A stretch of 64,000 nt of DNA. Origin: Acanthaster planci. Its lineage: Eukaryota. Location: positions 2,403,825-2,467,824 of the forward strand of contig NW_019091361.1 of assembly GCF_001949145.1 (NCBI RefSeq), in the 5' to 3' direction. Below the pieces are notes generated by a model. It was not told the origin of the DNA and made no database searches. It saw only the letters and a program-made list of their open reading frames with translations. Within the stretch, counting starts at the first letter, position 1. The number at the start of each line of letters is the position of its first letter. Of this stretch, positions 48,601 through 59,909 are shown piece by piece. The position numbers and the translations under genes are program-made.

Positions 48601-51204
48601 ATCTGGGAAGGCACGTGGCGTCGTCAGTGCCTCATTGCACAATCAGTGTACCAATGATCACGGCGGTACCTCAGCATCAGCACCCATGACGGCAGGGGTG
48701 CTTGCCTTACTGCTGCAAGCAAAGTAAGCTGTCTAGGAAAAAATGAAAAATGAAGGGGCTCAGATGCAAAACACCTTTTGAGAAAATCAGCTTAGAAAAA
48801 CTAAGCGACTTTTGTGCTCAAATTGGGATTTTTACCTCATCTCGAGGCCCCTTTGAAATTTCAATTCAAAACGACTCGAAATCGTTCAGTAGAAAAAGTA
48901 ATAAGACTTTTTCCACCGAGATTTTCTGAGATTTTTCCGCTCTGTGAATGTGCCTTCGTCGCTTTCACCTTTAAACACTTCCCGAATTATACTGGAATAA
49001 AAGGAAAATTAAGTACCCATAGTCCTTGGTTATTGGCTATTTGGATAGATCAGTATGATCTTGCCAAGCTACCTGACGCATTGCACTTCGGTCAAAGTCT
49101 CATGACTACAGCCAGCCGCCAAGAACACTTGTAGTCGATTTATAAATAGAACACCGAACACCTACATTTCGCAAATCGCAGAAAGTCTTTACAGGCGTCT
49201 CTAATAGCGACATGTGGTTTGGAGGATAGGGTGTATGAACAGGACATGTGGTGAGAAACTGAATTATGAAACATTGTGGAATCACGTGAAGGGATTATCA
49301 TTTGTAATTGTTTTGTCGCCAATATGGGCACGGTTGAGGCGAAGCACGGCCCGACAGGTGACTGGCGATAATGCTCGTTATATTAATATTTGAATGTTTG
49401 CAGTACAAATATTTTGTTATAATTTTGTTGTTTCGTGACGCAGATTTATGGATAACCCCAAACTGGAACTTGTGTGGAGTGAAGAAACAGATGTCATATC
49501 TAAGTGCTAACTGACTTCGATTATGGTCACTGTGTTCAATTGAATTTAGTTGAATAACTCGCTGAATTTTGGGATGCAATACAAATTGATTAAAAAGTCC
49601 TTTGTGTAGTTCTTATTCCTCCCGGTTCTGATGCATTGTGTACTGAAGTCGAAAATTACGGAAGAAATATCGAATATGTTTCCATCCTGTTCGATTTTCT
49701 CTTCAAGCATTAATCTACACGTTGATCATCTACAGTGTGAGACTTAAGTATTGTCTTCGACTTGAATGAGAACGCACGTGAAAACAAACTATTTCGTATT
49801 GTCGTCCGTTTATCGTGAAATTGTTTATTACCCCTTTTTGCAGCCCCGATGTAACTTGGCGCGATGCCCAACACATCATTGTCCAGACTTCCAACACTAG
49901 ACTCTTACGAGAAGCCGAGGGAGTGGAATGGCGCCGTAACGCGGCCGGTCACGTGTTCAGCGACTACTTCGGATTCGGGCTGTTGGATGCCGAGGCTATG
50001 GTCGATCTCGCCAACCCCGAGAGTTGGATGTCAGTTCCCGAAAAGAGTGTCTGTACGATCAAAGCCGGACCCTCGTTCACGGAAAGGTGACTGGTATAAC
50101 CCATGCTACTGACTGGCTCACTTAGTTTAGAAATTGAAACCTAAATAGCAAAGAGAAGATCGGCCGTTGCATTCAAGAGAATCAATAAACAACATTACAG
50201 TATTTAAAAATAGATAAAGACACAAACATATTATGAATTGTACACGGCTACACTTTATTCAACAGTTTTTGAGAGAGGTAACGATTTCATGACTTATTAA
50301 CAGAAAACTCACGCGCAACCAACCAATCAAGCTAGATATAGTGACGGACGGATGTGAGGGAACCAGCGATGAAGTCACTTACCTAGAGCACGTGATTTTT
50401 TCAGTGTCCATCGACTACAGTCGCCGCGGGGCTCTCAATGTACACCTTACCTCTCCATCCGGTATGTAAAGATCAAATCACAATACTTAACCATAAAAAA
50501 TGTGACTGAACCCCCCAAATGTGGCTGCAGCTAAGTAAGAAATCATGCGCTGGCCTCTAGTAGACAGTTGCAACCACTCCCCATGGACGCCGGGGACGGT
50601 GTCCGTTGCCCCCTGTCGCATGCAACAAGTAATAATTCGCACAAGACGAATAGCGTAAAACTGTGTATAATAATTCAGATTTGACTTTTGAAATACTTTG
50701 TTATTGAAAAAAAAATCATAACCTTTGTAAATATAAACAGTCTTAGCTCCAGATAAAAAGAATTGCCTATAATAGGATTTGCCTTTAGGGATCTGCCCCC
50801 CCCCCACGTGAATCATCTTTCAATCTTGAATGAAGGAACCAAGACGAAGCTATTGACTGAGCGCCGTGAGGACTCCTCAGATGAGAGTATGGACAACTTC
50901 CCTCTGATGTCTGTGCAACTTTGGGGAGAGCAAGCGGCAATTGGAGACGGAGTCTGGAAACTCGACATCTTTGACTCGGTATTCAAAACCCAACAGCATG
51001 ACAGCATGAAACCATTTTTGACTCAGATTAAATTGTCTTTTTGACCATTTTCGGATTATATACGATTTTTGATTTCCTTTTTCTTTGTCACAGACTTTGG
51101 AAGACATTAGCGTCGGACACAACGGTTACCTACGAGACTGGAGGCTTGAACTTCACGGGACTAAGGAACTACCGAAGTACGTGAATTCAGCCAGGGGACC
51201 GTAG
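39674..51204 (+). CDS. Proprotein/prohormone convertase (peptidase S8B, kexin family; neuroendocrine convertase PC1/3-like), ~626 aa, 13 coding exons
   Basis: Exons: 39674-39880, 42096-42203, 42829-42942, 43188-43296, 45823-45937, 46246-46334, 46457-46629, 47608-47747, 48553-48723, 49844-50086, 50304-50461, 50836-50978, 51094-51204. All have AG/GT boundaries and compatible phases; sum 1881 nt. Signal peptide, prodomain ([13 protein letters not shown] and RRTKR sites), catalytic Asp (IVDDG), His (HGTRCAGE), oxyanion Asn (WASGNGG), Ser (GTSASAP), SWGPTDDG, P-domain (YLEHV...RRGAL..LTSPSGT...WGE...W.L.LHGT). No Cys-rich or TM tail. Confidence 0.95.
43575..44899. repeat. Pentanucleotide satellite (GGTTT/GGTTA/GGCTT/AGTTA) in convertase intron 4, split by a ~680-bp insert (about 43682-44359)
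   Basis: Arrays at about 43575-43681 and 44360-44899, with a frequent 20-nt higher-order unit GGTTAGGTTTGGTTTGGCTT. Confidence 0.9.
45412..45556. mobile_element. Short MITE in a TA-rich palindromic site
   Basis: Inverted ends AATTATATATAACAGG(A/T)TTTGCCCTTACCCA / TGGGTAAGGGCAAAACCTGTTATATATAATT. Confidence 0.75.
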
Positions 51205-51300
51205 CTGTGAAAGTAACTCGCTGGTGCACGGAATGGACCTTCTCCAGAAACTGAGATTGAGATACTAACTGAGAACAGAGACCCAAATCATTTACTTTCT

Positions 51301-51487
51301 TACAATAGAAAGTAGGTTTGCGGTAGCACCATGGACGTATCTCTTTTGTGAGTATTTGCGGTTCTGAAAAGAACCAGTTCTTTTCAGAACCGCAAATACT
51401 CACAAAAGAACCAGTTCTTTTCAGAACCGCAAATACTCACAAAAGAGATACGTCCATGGTGCTACCGCAAACCTACTTTCTATTGTA
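51301..51487. mobile_element. Perfect palindromic MITE (74-bp arms, TA at both ends) with an internal 37-bp tandem duplication
   Basis: 51301-51374 is the exact reverse complement of 51414-51487. The unit AAAAGAACCAGTTCTTTTCAGAACCGCAAATACTCAC is repeated at 51367-51403 and 51404-51440. Confidence 0.9.
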
Positions 51488-52502
51488 CCTATTCACCATG
51501 CAAACCTTCAAGACTTATTTACTTTCATCTCCTTTTTTGCCCATCACTCGAGAACACGAGCCTTACATGGGATGTGTTAAGATCAACCCAAGCGTTTTGT
51601 TTCATCATTTATTTGTTAAAATATTCATTTGTGTTTTTTTCTGAATTTGGAATGTTATGTCATGATTTTTCCCGCCCAAAGCAGTGATAACAAATCAGCC
51701 ACATCCTGTTGTGCAGCCACTCACTTGCCAGTCCAAACTATTTTTCTGTATGAGTTGTAGTAGCCTACATCATGCCTACATAGGCTACGAGATAATGATT
51801 TCCTCCAAATGATGCCTCTATTCGAGTTTAAAATGTACAGCATCGAGAAGTCAATATTATATCTTTCCTACAACAGGGAAACTGCTATACGAAGGCATTA
51901 TAATGAGAACAATAGGCGTTGGTCGATGGCAGGGGAAGATGTTTTAAATGCAAGAAGTTTCAAACGAGTATATTCATAATATTTATTTTTCTATATTGCC
52001 AAGTATTTTGGAATATAATAAGTATATTATGCTCACTTTTGACCGAATCTGTCGAAAAACAAGTCGACACGTGTTTCCTCTGGGTCTAAATTTGGAGAAG
52101 TTGAACTTTCCTTGCAGTGATACGATGCACATATGATTAAAATTGGACTTATATACAGTGTCTGTCAGTACGGAGGCCTATGAGGGCCATATGTAAAAAA
52201 CTTTTGTGATCCTATCTCGTCGGGGGTAGTTACTACTATCTCGCCGCGACGACTTATCACTCGCCGCTGCAAGATACTCTTTCAACGGTTTAACTCGCTG
52301 GAGAGAGGTAATAACTCGAAAAAAAATGCAAGTGGCTTTTATATGCTTCCGTACTGTCAGTGAGTGTCGTAAATTTGTGCCGGAAATGGGGATGACTCCC
52401 CAGACATAGAATTTTGAAAACCGGGGGCCGTGGGTGCTGATACCGTACGACACTATGACGGGGGAAATGTTCATGATCATACAGATGTTCATCTGTATTA
52501 TG

Positions 52503-52848
52503 TACCGATGTGGCGGTCTCAGCTGTCTCCTGGTCTTAGCGGCCGGTCCCCTTACCAAATATGGTAAAAATACGTCATGCCATCTCTCCACACAACAACG
52601 GGAAAGTCGTTTTAAGCGGCGTGCTGAGCAGTGCAGCCCATGCATACTTCACGTTGTACGTGACGTGTGCTGTACATAGTCTTACACCAAAGATAATAAC
52701 ACCGTTTATAGTACCTTGCAAGTTAGTCATGCGGACATCTCAGCACGGAAGACCAACGAGACCGTGCTTGTGTCGTGCTTAAATGTCCGGCTACGTCAGG
52801 GGGACCAGTGAGACCGGGAGACAGCTGAGACCGCCACACCCGGCGGTA
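52503..52848. mobile_element. MITE with TIR core TGTGGCGGTCTCAGCTGTCTCC(T/C)GGTCT
   Basis: Inverted match between about 52509-52535 and 52811-52838. Confidence 0.75.
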
Positions 52849-53090
52849 TAGACCTTTTCACCGACGTGACTAAATGTAAAACCCACCACCACTAGTGGAC
52901 CGCCTTGGCCACGATGATCGCATATGTTCCTATGGGCAGCTTCAACCACGTGCAAGCGCACGTGCCAACGCTGCATGTTTGACTTGTTTATCTTTAATAG
53001 GTAGATTACCATCACAACACTATGCACTCATTACCATCACTAAACATCATACCTCCAGCACGATCGTGACATCACTGGAAAAGGGTCTAT
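52848..53090. mobile_element. MITE with ATAGACC(C)TTTTC ends; its right ~60 bp recur at 63736-63797
   Basis: Left end ATAGACCTTTTCA, right end GGAAAAGGGTCTAT. The segment CATTACCATCAC...GATCGTGACATCAC.GGAAAA..GTCTATT is duplicated in an XPA intron. Confidence 0.65.
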
Positions 53091-56000
53091 TACATTCCCG
53101 AGGAATCTTACATTATGGCTTTTTAAAATTTGTTCTCCCTTTTTAGTGCTTGTGAATACATTTTGAATGTTGGGAAATTGGATCAATTTTTCACAATTGG
53201 CCTTACTTTTTTCTCACCACGAAACGGTGTGGGAATGACTCAATAGCTGACACTCTCGGTCAAAAAGTGGGGGATGTAAGTATACGTATACCCATCCCTC
53301 GGGATTTACGCTTATGCTGCTAGCTTAGTTGAATGCAGAATTGAAGCAAATGAAAGGCTATTTCAGTGCTCATTCCAGAAACTTACATTCAGGAATACGG
53401 GTCCAGTGCAATCACAGTGCAATAAAAGTCACAGAATTGGAATCGATATGTGTATGAAAAATGTGTATCCTTTGCTACAACTTGTTCAGTCTTCTCGCCC
53501 AAGCTACGTACGAAGTTTACAGAAGATAGATCATCGGTGAAATGAGATTTATTCCATGTATCCGACTTCGTGCTTTCGTCGTGTCCAGAGAATACAAAAG
53601 TGATTTATTATTTTCCGGCCAAAACCATTTGTTAAATTGATATACACGGAGGGTATATGTGCCGGTCGGTAGTTTGGTTTCCTGCCCACAGATTCAACAC
53701 CATTCCCGGAGTGAGACGAAAATAACGATAAATGGGATCAATATGTGTGTTTTTGTGAGTTACAGTGCTCTGAAAATGACGGTGGTGTTATTTTGAAATT
53801 GGACTCAACATTTTAATAGGGCGAGTGAGCCCTCTTGGACGAAATTAAGCTTTCGTTTGAGCAATTTTAAATGAAAAAAGAGCTACATTAACCGGAAAAC
53901 CTACATTCCAAGTAACACGGGCGAACCTATAAATGTTCGTTTTAGCCTCATCCAACGCAACGCAAGCACGGACACGGAATACCCTCCAGTTGCCATGGCG
54001 TTAAGTAGTCACGCCCCCCAACTTTATACGTCACTATAGCCCTCTCCTTCCAATGCATCCTCCCACTCAATGAACACCTCGCAATTCAAAAGCTAGAGGG
54101 TGCAGTTCCATTCAATAATTCCTGCTGACTTCATTTCCACAAAATGTGCCATCATACAGTTCCTTTATTTAAAGGAGATTGTTTTGCCGGCAAATGGAGG
54201 AATTGTGGAAATACAGGCCAGGGACAACTCTTTGGGTTAAGGGGGCTCCCATCCCCGGGGAGGGCACTGAGTGAGGAACAAAAATGGTCCTGAGTGCCGA
54301 GAGAGTAGAAGAAAGTTGGGAGCCGCCTTGGGAACTATCCCTGTTCTGGGAGTAAGTTTCTTTTGTGTACATAATTGGAACTTTGGCTGACAAGAAATTT
54401 AAAGACTAGGGCAAGACAATAATTTAATTTTTGTTTGAGAAACTCTAGTAATTAATGTAGGCTTGCGAGAATTCAGCCCTGAACTTTGTTGATTATACTG
54501 TTTTAGTCGGGACATGAATTAGTTCACTGCACAATTCCTCCACGAATCTGCTTCAGGGTGTTATCCGTATCAAAAGAACTGTTTGCGTAAGTATATAATT
54601 GGAACTAGCAGTACTACAGGGCTAACAATGAGTGCAAGTATTTTTAAAAATATATTATTAATGCATCATTATCACATTGGGCACACAAAACAATATATAC
54701 ACAACTAAAGACAAGATGACCGGAGCTGAAAAATCGAACCTAATGATTGCCAACAGGCAAACAGCCCCCAAATCTTATGAATATTGGTTGGGGATTTTTA
54801 TTGGTCATAGAAAACTAAGCTTAACCTCTCTTAAGAGCATTTGTACACGATGGTTCTGGTTCAAGGGAGGGTCGTTTTTGAGGGGTTGCTCATCATTTGT
54901 TATCTACATGACTTGAGTGTTGGATAAAGACAGTCATCGCCTGTATATTATTTCTTCAATTCAATAAAATCTTGAATTTTACTGCAACAACTCATAATAT
55001 ATAATTATACAGTCTCCCGTGTGACAATCAAGTCTTGTTCAAAACTGTGGCCTACAACCACAGGGCTTTACGTAATGGTTGGTAAGATTGCGCAACCCTT
55101 CATTGACCAACTGCTTGGGTTATCAGAGTGATTTTACTGCTTTCATCTATATGTCTTATGTTATCCTCTGATTTTATTTATTCATTTTTATTTACTTTTT
55201 CCTTTTGTCACCTGTTTATCTTTTCACTCTTAAGCGAAATCCCGCTTGCACTTTCACTTAATGCTCTTTAATCAAGCACCGTACCCTGAAAAAAATATAC
55301 CAGTGCCCGATCTCCCTCTTCGGTAATAAAGTTGTTTTAGCGCCTTGGGATGTGAAAATTTATTCAATCAGTAGTCCATTGCCTAATTTAATCACTTCAC
55401 ATTTCTGAAGTGAACAACACTCCATTGCGATTTTGCATTGTCATGCTTATTTTTCTGCCAAAGTAATAATTTAAAGAACACAATCAAATCAGAGGAGGTA
55501 CGAAAAAGTTTGGAACGGATATACACAACGCCCTCTTTTGTCATAATTTCAATAATTATTTGATGCTGTGAAGGGCTGTTTTCCAATACTCAACTTCGGC
55601 TCCGTCTAAGGCTTCAACTGTTTTTTTAACTAGCTAACGTTGAAGCTGTAAGCGCCGTAGTTAGTTTAATAGTGCCACAAAACATCGAATAAGATGCAAG
55701 AGAGTCAGAGATTACAGTAATTCAACTTAATTTAAACGATTCAGGCTCACAATCGGCGATTGGTTTTGGGAACGAAGCCACAAACGGAGCCCAAGTCGAG
55801 TATTGGAAAAGGGCCTGATTTCATTCATGTCATTAGGCCTGTACCCATTTCCCTGTACTGTCTTCTTATGCGTTTCAGGGCACAACAGGATCCGGGAACC
55901 AGTCCGAAAAAAAACACACAGACAAGCTAAGCTTTGGCGCACTACAGTTAGTGTTGTAGCTCCAGTAAAAAAATCAGTGCATTGCGATCGATTTGTAACA

Positions 56001-56165
56001 GTTTACAATTAAATGACGTCGTGATTCGCGCTTTAATAAAATTATGCCAAAGCACTTCAAGGTAGAAAGGCTTTCAACTGTTTTGCTGCAAGAGAATATG
56101 TCGTAAAGTAGTGTAACTAGACTGCGAGTGTGTTACATGAGCACGGTGAGAAATTATTATTACAG

Positions 56166-56179
56166 GTTGCCATGGTTAC
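56166..56179. promoter_or_regulatory. RFX X-box (GTTGCCATGGTTAC) at the presumed FAM81 promoter or first non-coding exon
   Basis: The reverse complement GTAACCATGGCAAC fits the X-box consensus exactly. It lies ~800 bp upstream of the FAM81 ATG and is followed by a possible donor AAG|GTATCC (56184). Confidence 0.6.
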
Positions 56180-56987
56180 CAAGGTATCCCTGCTGTTTGT
56201 AGCCTTTGTTTAGATCTTACGGTACTTTATTACTTCACTGAGAGAACTAATGATCACAAAGAAGAACTATCCTTGGGAAAGATGTGCAGCATCCCGACAC
56301 TGTAGACGTTGGCCTAATCCACTTCCATGGCCAGATTGAAGTTGATGGCCTTGGGCCTATAGTCTAGTTCAATAGTTGTGTAGCCTAGGCGGTCCACAAT
56401 CCACATAGACTAGCCCTAGTACTATATTTTAGGCCTAGGCATGCTAGGCCTACTTTAGATTTTCGAAGTAGGCAAATATTTTTCAAGCCCCACTCCCAGT
56501 CCTCATTTTTATCTCGACATTTTAGCAATGACTAACCACCTTCACTGCATTTATAACCGATGGAGGCAGGATTTAATATTCTTTTCTCATTCTTAACATA
56601 GTTTTACTTAGCTTTTATTTATGCCCGTTTAATATTAAATGTAACTAACCTCAAAAAAGACAAAAATTGCTTAACTTGGTGACTTAAGAAATCGCTATGC
56701 GTGTGCCCATGCAATTTTTTTTTTGCTAAGCACAGCAATGTTGTTTTTTGCTAACCATTCATGAAGCACAACTGAATCAAATTTGCTCAACTGTAAGCAA
56801 AGTGAAATTGAGCCCTGGGGTTGTGCTCAAAATCAGAAATTTGGCAATTGCCAAATTTTCAACATAGGCGGAGTTTTCCTTGGAGATTGAATCGATGAGT
56901 GATTCCGATTTATATGCATCTTCATAAATGCCTCTGTTTAGATGTGAGCATCGGCCCAACAGTTGTTTCAACCCGCCATCTCTGATA

Positions 56988-59909
56988 ATGGCCCGATACC
57001 CAGGAGGTGGACAGTTACCCCCCATCCACTGGGACGACAGGGACAGCCCAAGCCACCCCCGTCCCTTGGCCGGCAACAAACAGGTGTATTTTGGTAGTCA
57101 CGGGTCGCCGCTGTTTGACGACAGCCCCCACAGCGCTATCGTGTCCAGGGCAGTGCTGCTGGAGCAGGACTTTGCCAACAATTTGTCCCAGGGTCAGGGC
57201 GGGTCAGTGTTGTGGCAGGAGAGAAACGCCCAAGCCGTCTTGCAAGACTACATTCACACCGTGACGATGGCCATCAAGAAGATCAGTAAAGAAATGGAGG
57301 TGAGTAAATCTGTATCAATCAAAACGTATGCAAATTTGAAAGGATGCAATGAAATGGGTTCTGAATAATGGAAAAGATTAAGACCCTGCACCATCCTTTC
57401 TTTTTTCATCTCCTGAAGCACAGTGATTTACCTCCTCAACCAAAAATGAAAAGGTTTGTGTGATATTTCTTCACCTTGTCACTGTTCTTTGTACAGGCTA
57501 TCGAAGAACAACTCCGTAACAAAGAACGAGCAACTGAACTCACAACCAACTCCCTGAAAAACCTGGAACTACAGCACGTAGGCTCCATCTCTGATCTGAG
57601 ACAGAGAGTGGGCAGGTAGGCTGTTCCTTCCAACCTCTTGAGGACATCTTGGAGAGGAATATTTCTGACTTAGATCAAATCCAACAAGAGAATCGTCTGG
57701 AGAAACGTTATCAGTGCACAGTTCAGATTGGCTCATTCACTCAACAAGCAACGAGCCATGTAGTTTGTGTATGAGTGTGGGACAATGGTGTCAAATTTGA
57801 TAGGAATAAAGACTTCTTGTCTTGACTTTGGCAATTCTAGCATCACTTCTGAATGTGTTACTGAGTTGGCGATTTGACAGTGAGGTTTTTAAAGATCATG
57901 TGATGCATCGTGTGTTGTAATCATCAGGTTTTAAAAATTGACAGTGCATTACATATGATCTAGAAAATCGGTTGGAATTTTAAACTGGTTCTTTTTTTCA
58001 GAGTTCAAAAACAGATAAGTTGTAGGGTATGTCACGTAACTTTTCAGTGGTTTTTTTTTCGGAATCAGGTGCGATGTATCCATTGCCAAGCTGTCCGGAG
58101 ATTCACGTAGGACATCAGAATCTTTGGCAGCCATCAACAAACAGGTGCAAGATCAAAGTATACAGCACGGGAAGACAGTTAGTGACTTAGAAATAAAGGT
58201 GAGAAATAGCTAAACAAATGAAGGCCAAGTGCAGGAACATTGCGAAGCCATAGGAAGATAATCCTCTGAGTTCCGAACTGATTTGGAACTTTTTTGGGTT
58301 GGGGGATTAGGAAGGAGAATGGGGTGAAATTTAATAATTGACTTTTGTTGCTACATCGTCATAATGCTAATAAATTTGTTGTTTACATAATTTAATAGAG
58401 CCTGACATATACTTATCTTCTAACGTCTTATCTTAACGTCTGGGCTATACTGTCTCAAGTCCTGCACAGATCTCTACAACCTACTGGTGAATTTTGGGCG
58501 TGTTTGTTTCACGCCGATCTTGATTTCGATCACTTAATCCAATGCCGATGCTCCATGCATTACGTGGGTTTGGGTGTCAGTGAACCAACGGCAGATCACT
58601 GATCTCGATCTAGATCCGTGTGAAACAAACAGGCATGTGGAAGGATCTACTCAGCAATGCGGACAAAGTTATTCACAAGTTATAAGCCAGATTGCAATGC
58701 ACTCTCCATTGGCACACATTCCTTCCTCAGATTTCTAGACTTGAGACGCAGCTGGCCAAGAGCACCTCTGACCAGCACTCGCAAGTCGGCTCGATCGAGA
58801 CCGAGTCCAAGCACCAGGTGACGCTCTTGGAGACCAAGACCATGAACCGGTTGGAGGAACTGCAGAGGACACTAGATACCCTGCAGATGAAGCGGGACTC
58901 GGACTGGCAGCTGATGGAGAGAAGTCTGACAACAACAGTGGAGTCTACAATTAGCAAGAGGGACAGAAAGCAGGTGAGTGTTGCATCAGAGAATCTTTGC
59001 CACTCCCCCCACAGCATTTGTTTGCTGGGAACTTGCCTAAATCCTCCAAAATCTCAAAGAGACTGATGCAAAATACTGCATATTGGCCAGGGTGGGATTT
59101 GTAGGGCTGTGTGGCCCAGTGGGTTATGGCTTGTATCTTGCAATTGTGGGGCTGCATTCAAATCTTATGCTTAGGTCCAGTTCTCTGGTTTCTGGGTCCA
59201 GTGCATTGAGAATACTACATCCACATTACTGAAATGTGCTGTATAAACACTTGTTATTCTTGCCGTGTGAAAACAAAAATGAAAGGTCTGAAAGGTTGAG
59301 TGTGTATCATTGCTACCTAGGCTGCTTGCTGTTCCAAGTAATGTAATATACTGAGTGAAACCACTTTGTTCTCCATGCTTTTGACTCAAAATGTCTGACA
59401 GTGACACAATTTATAGATGTGCTTAATGCTACCTTTTTACATAGTACTGAAGGTTACCAAACTTTTTAAGGACCTCCTTACACCCCAAATAAATGTAAAT
59501 GGCATTATACTCTAGATTTTTAGGTAAACATGTTAGGAATAATCTCTCTGTGTTTTTCTGAATACTTCAGGAACTTTTTGAGCAGAAGATATTGAACCGT
59601 CTGGAAGACATGGAAAAGAAACTCATGCTGCAGGAGGGAACCATCCGCACCATGTCGGACGAGTTGCACGCCCTGCTGGGCGACAAAATCAAGAAACTTG
59701 AAGCGCGACTCCAGCAGCGGCAGGAGGCGCTGCAAGGGGAGGTGAAGCGAGACCTGGAGGAGATGGGGGAACAGAACGAGAGCGGATTCAAGCGGGTCAA
59801 GGACAGCATGGCCACCATGCGGATAGTGCTGGAGGGCAAGCAACAACTCCTGGCCGAGAACCTTCAGAAGCAGGTGGCCAACGTGAAGAAGCTAGTGGTA
59901 CTCACGTAA
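56988..59909 (+). CDS. FAM81: FAM81-family coiled-coil protein (FAM81A/B-like), ~380 aa, 5 coding exons
   Basis: Exons: 56988-57299, 57497-57615, 58069-58198, 58731-58973, 59571-59909; canonical splice sites, consistent phases, sum 1143 nt. Signature DLRQRVGR|CDVSIAKLSGD matches the FAM81 motif DLRGRV.RCD.SI.KLS, and the C-terminus (GFKRVKDSMATMRIVLEGK...KKLVVLT) is FAM81-like. An acceptor at 56940-56941 suggests an upstream non-coding exon, so the start Met is inferred. Confidence 0.85.
58497..58634. mobile_element. Degenerate Tourist/PIF-Harbinger-like MITE in FAM81 intron 3
   Basis: Inverted ends GCGTGTTTGTTTCACG.CGATCT.GAT / ATCTAGATCCGTGTGAAACAAACAGGC. Confidence 0.55.
59104..59260 (+). 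mobile_element. Decayed tRNA-derived SINE relic
   Basis: A-box-like TGGCCCAGTGG, degenerate B-box GCATTCAAATC, and a 3' segment resembling an L2-type tail (GTGCATTGAG...TGTGCTGTATAAACACTTGTTATT). Confidence 0.35.

Noticed and set aside
39674..51204. Furin/PC5/PC7 or PC2 orthology
   Set aside because: No Cys-rich or transmembrane tail (against furin/PC5/PC7) and the oxyanion residue is Asn, not Asp (against PC2); no gene symbol given without a phylogeny.
59104..59170. Functional tRNA gene
   Set aside because: The B-box is degenerate and no cloverleaf could be formed; at most a SINE head.
58727..59846. Minus-strand ORFs overlapping FAM81 exons
   Set aside because: Antisense shadows of GC-rich coding exons.
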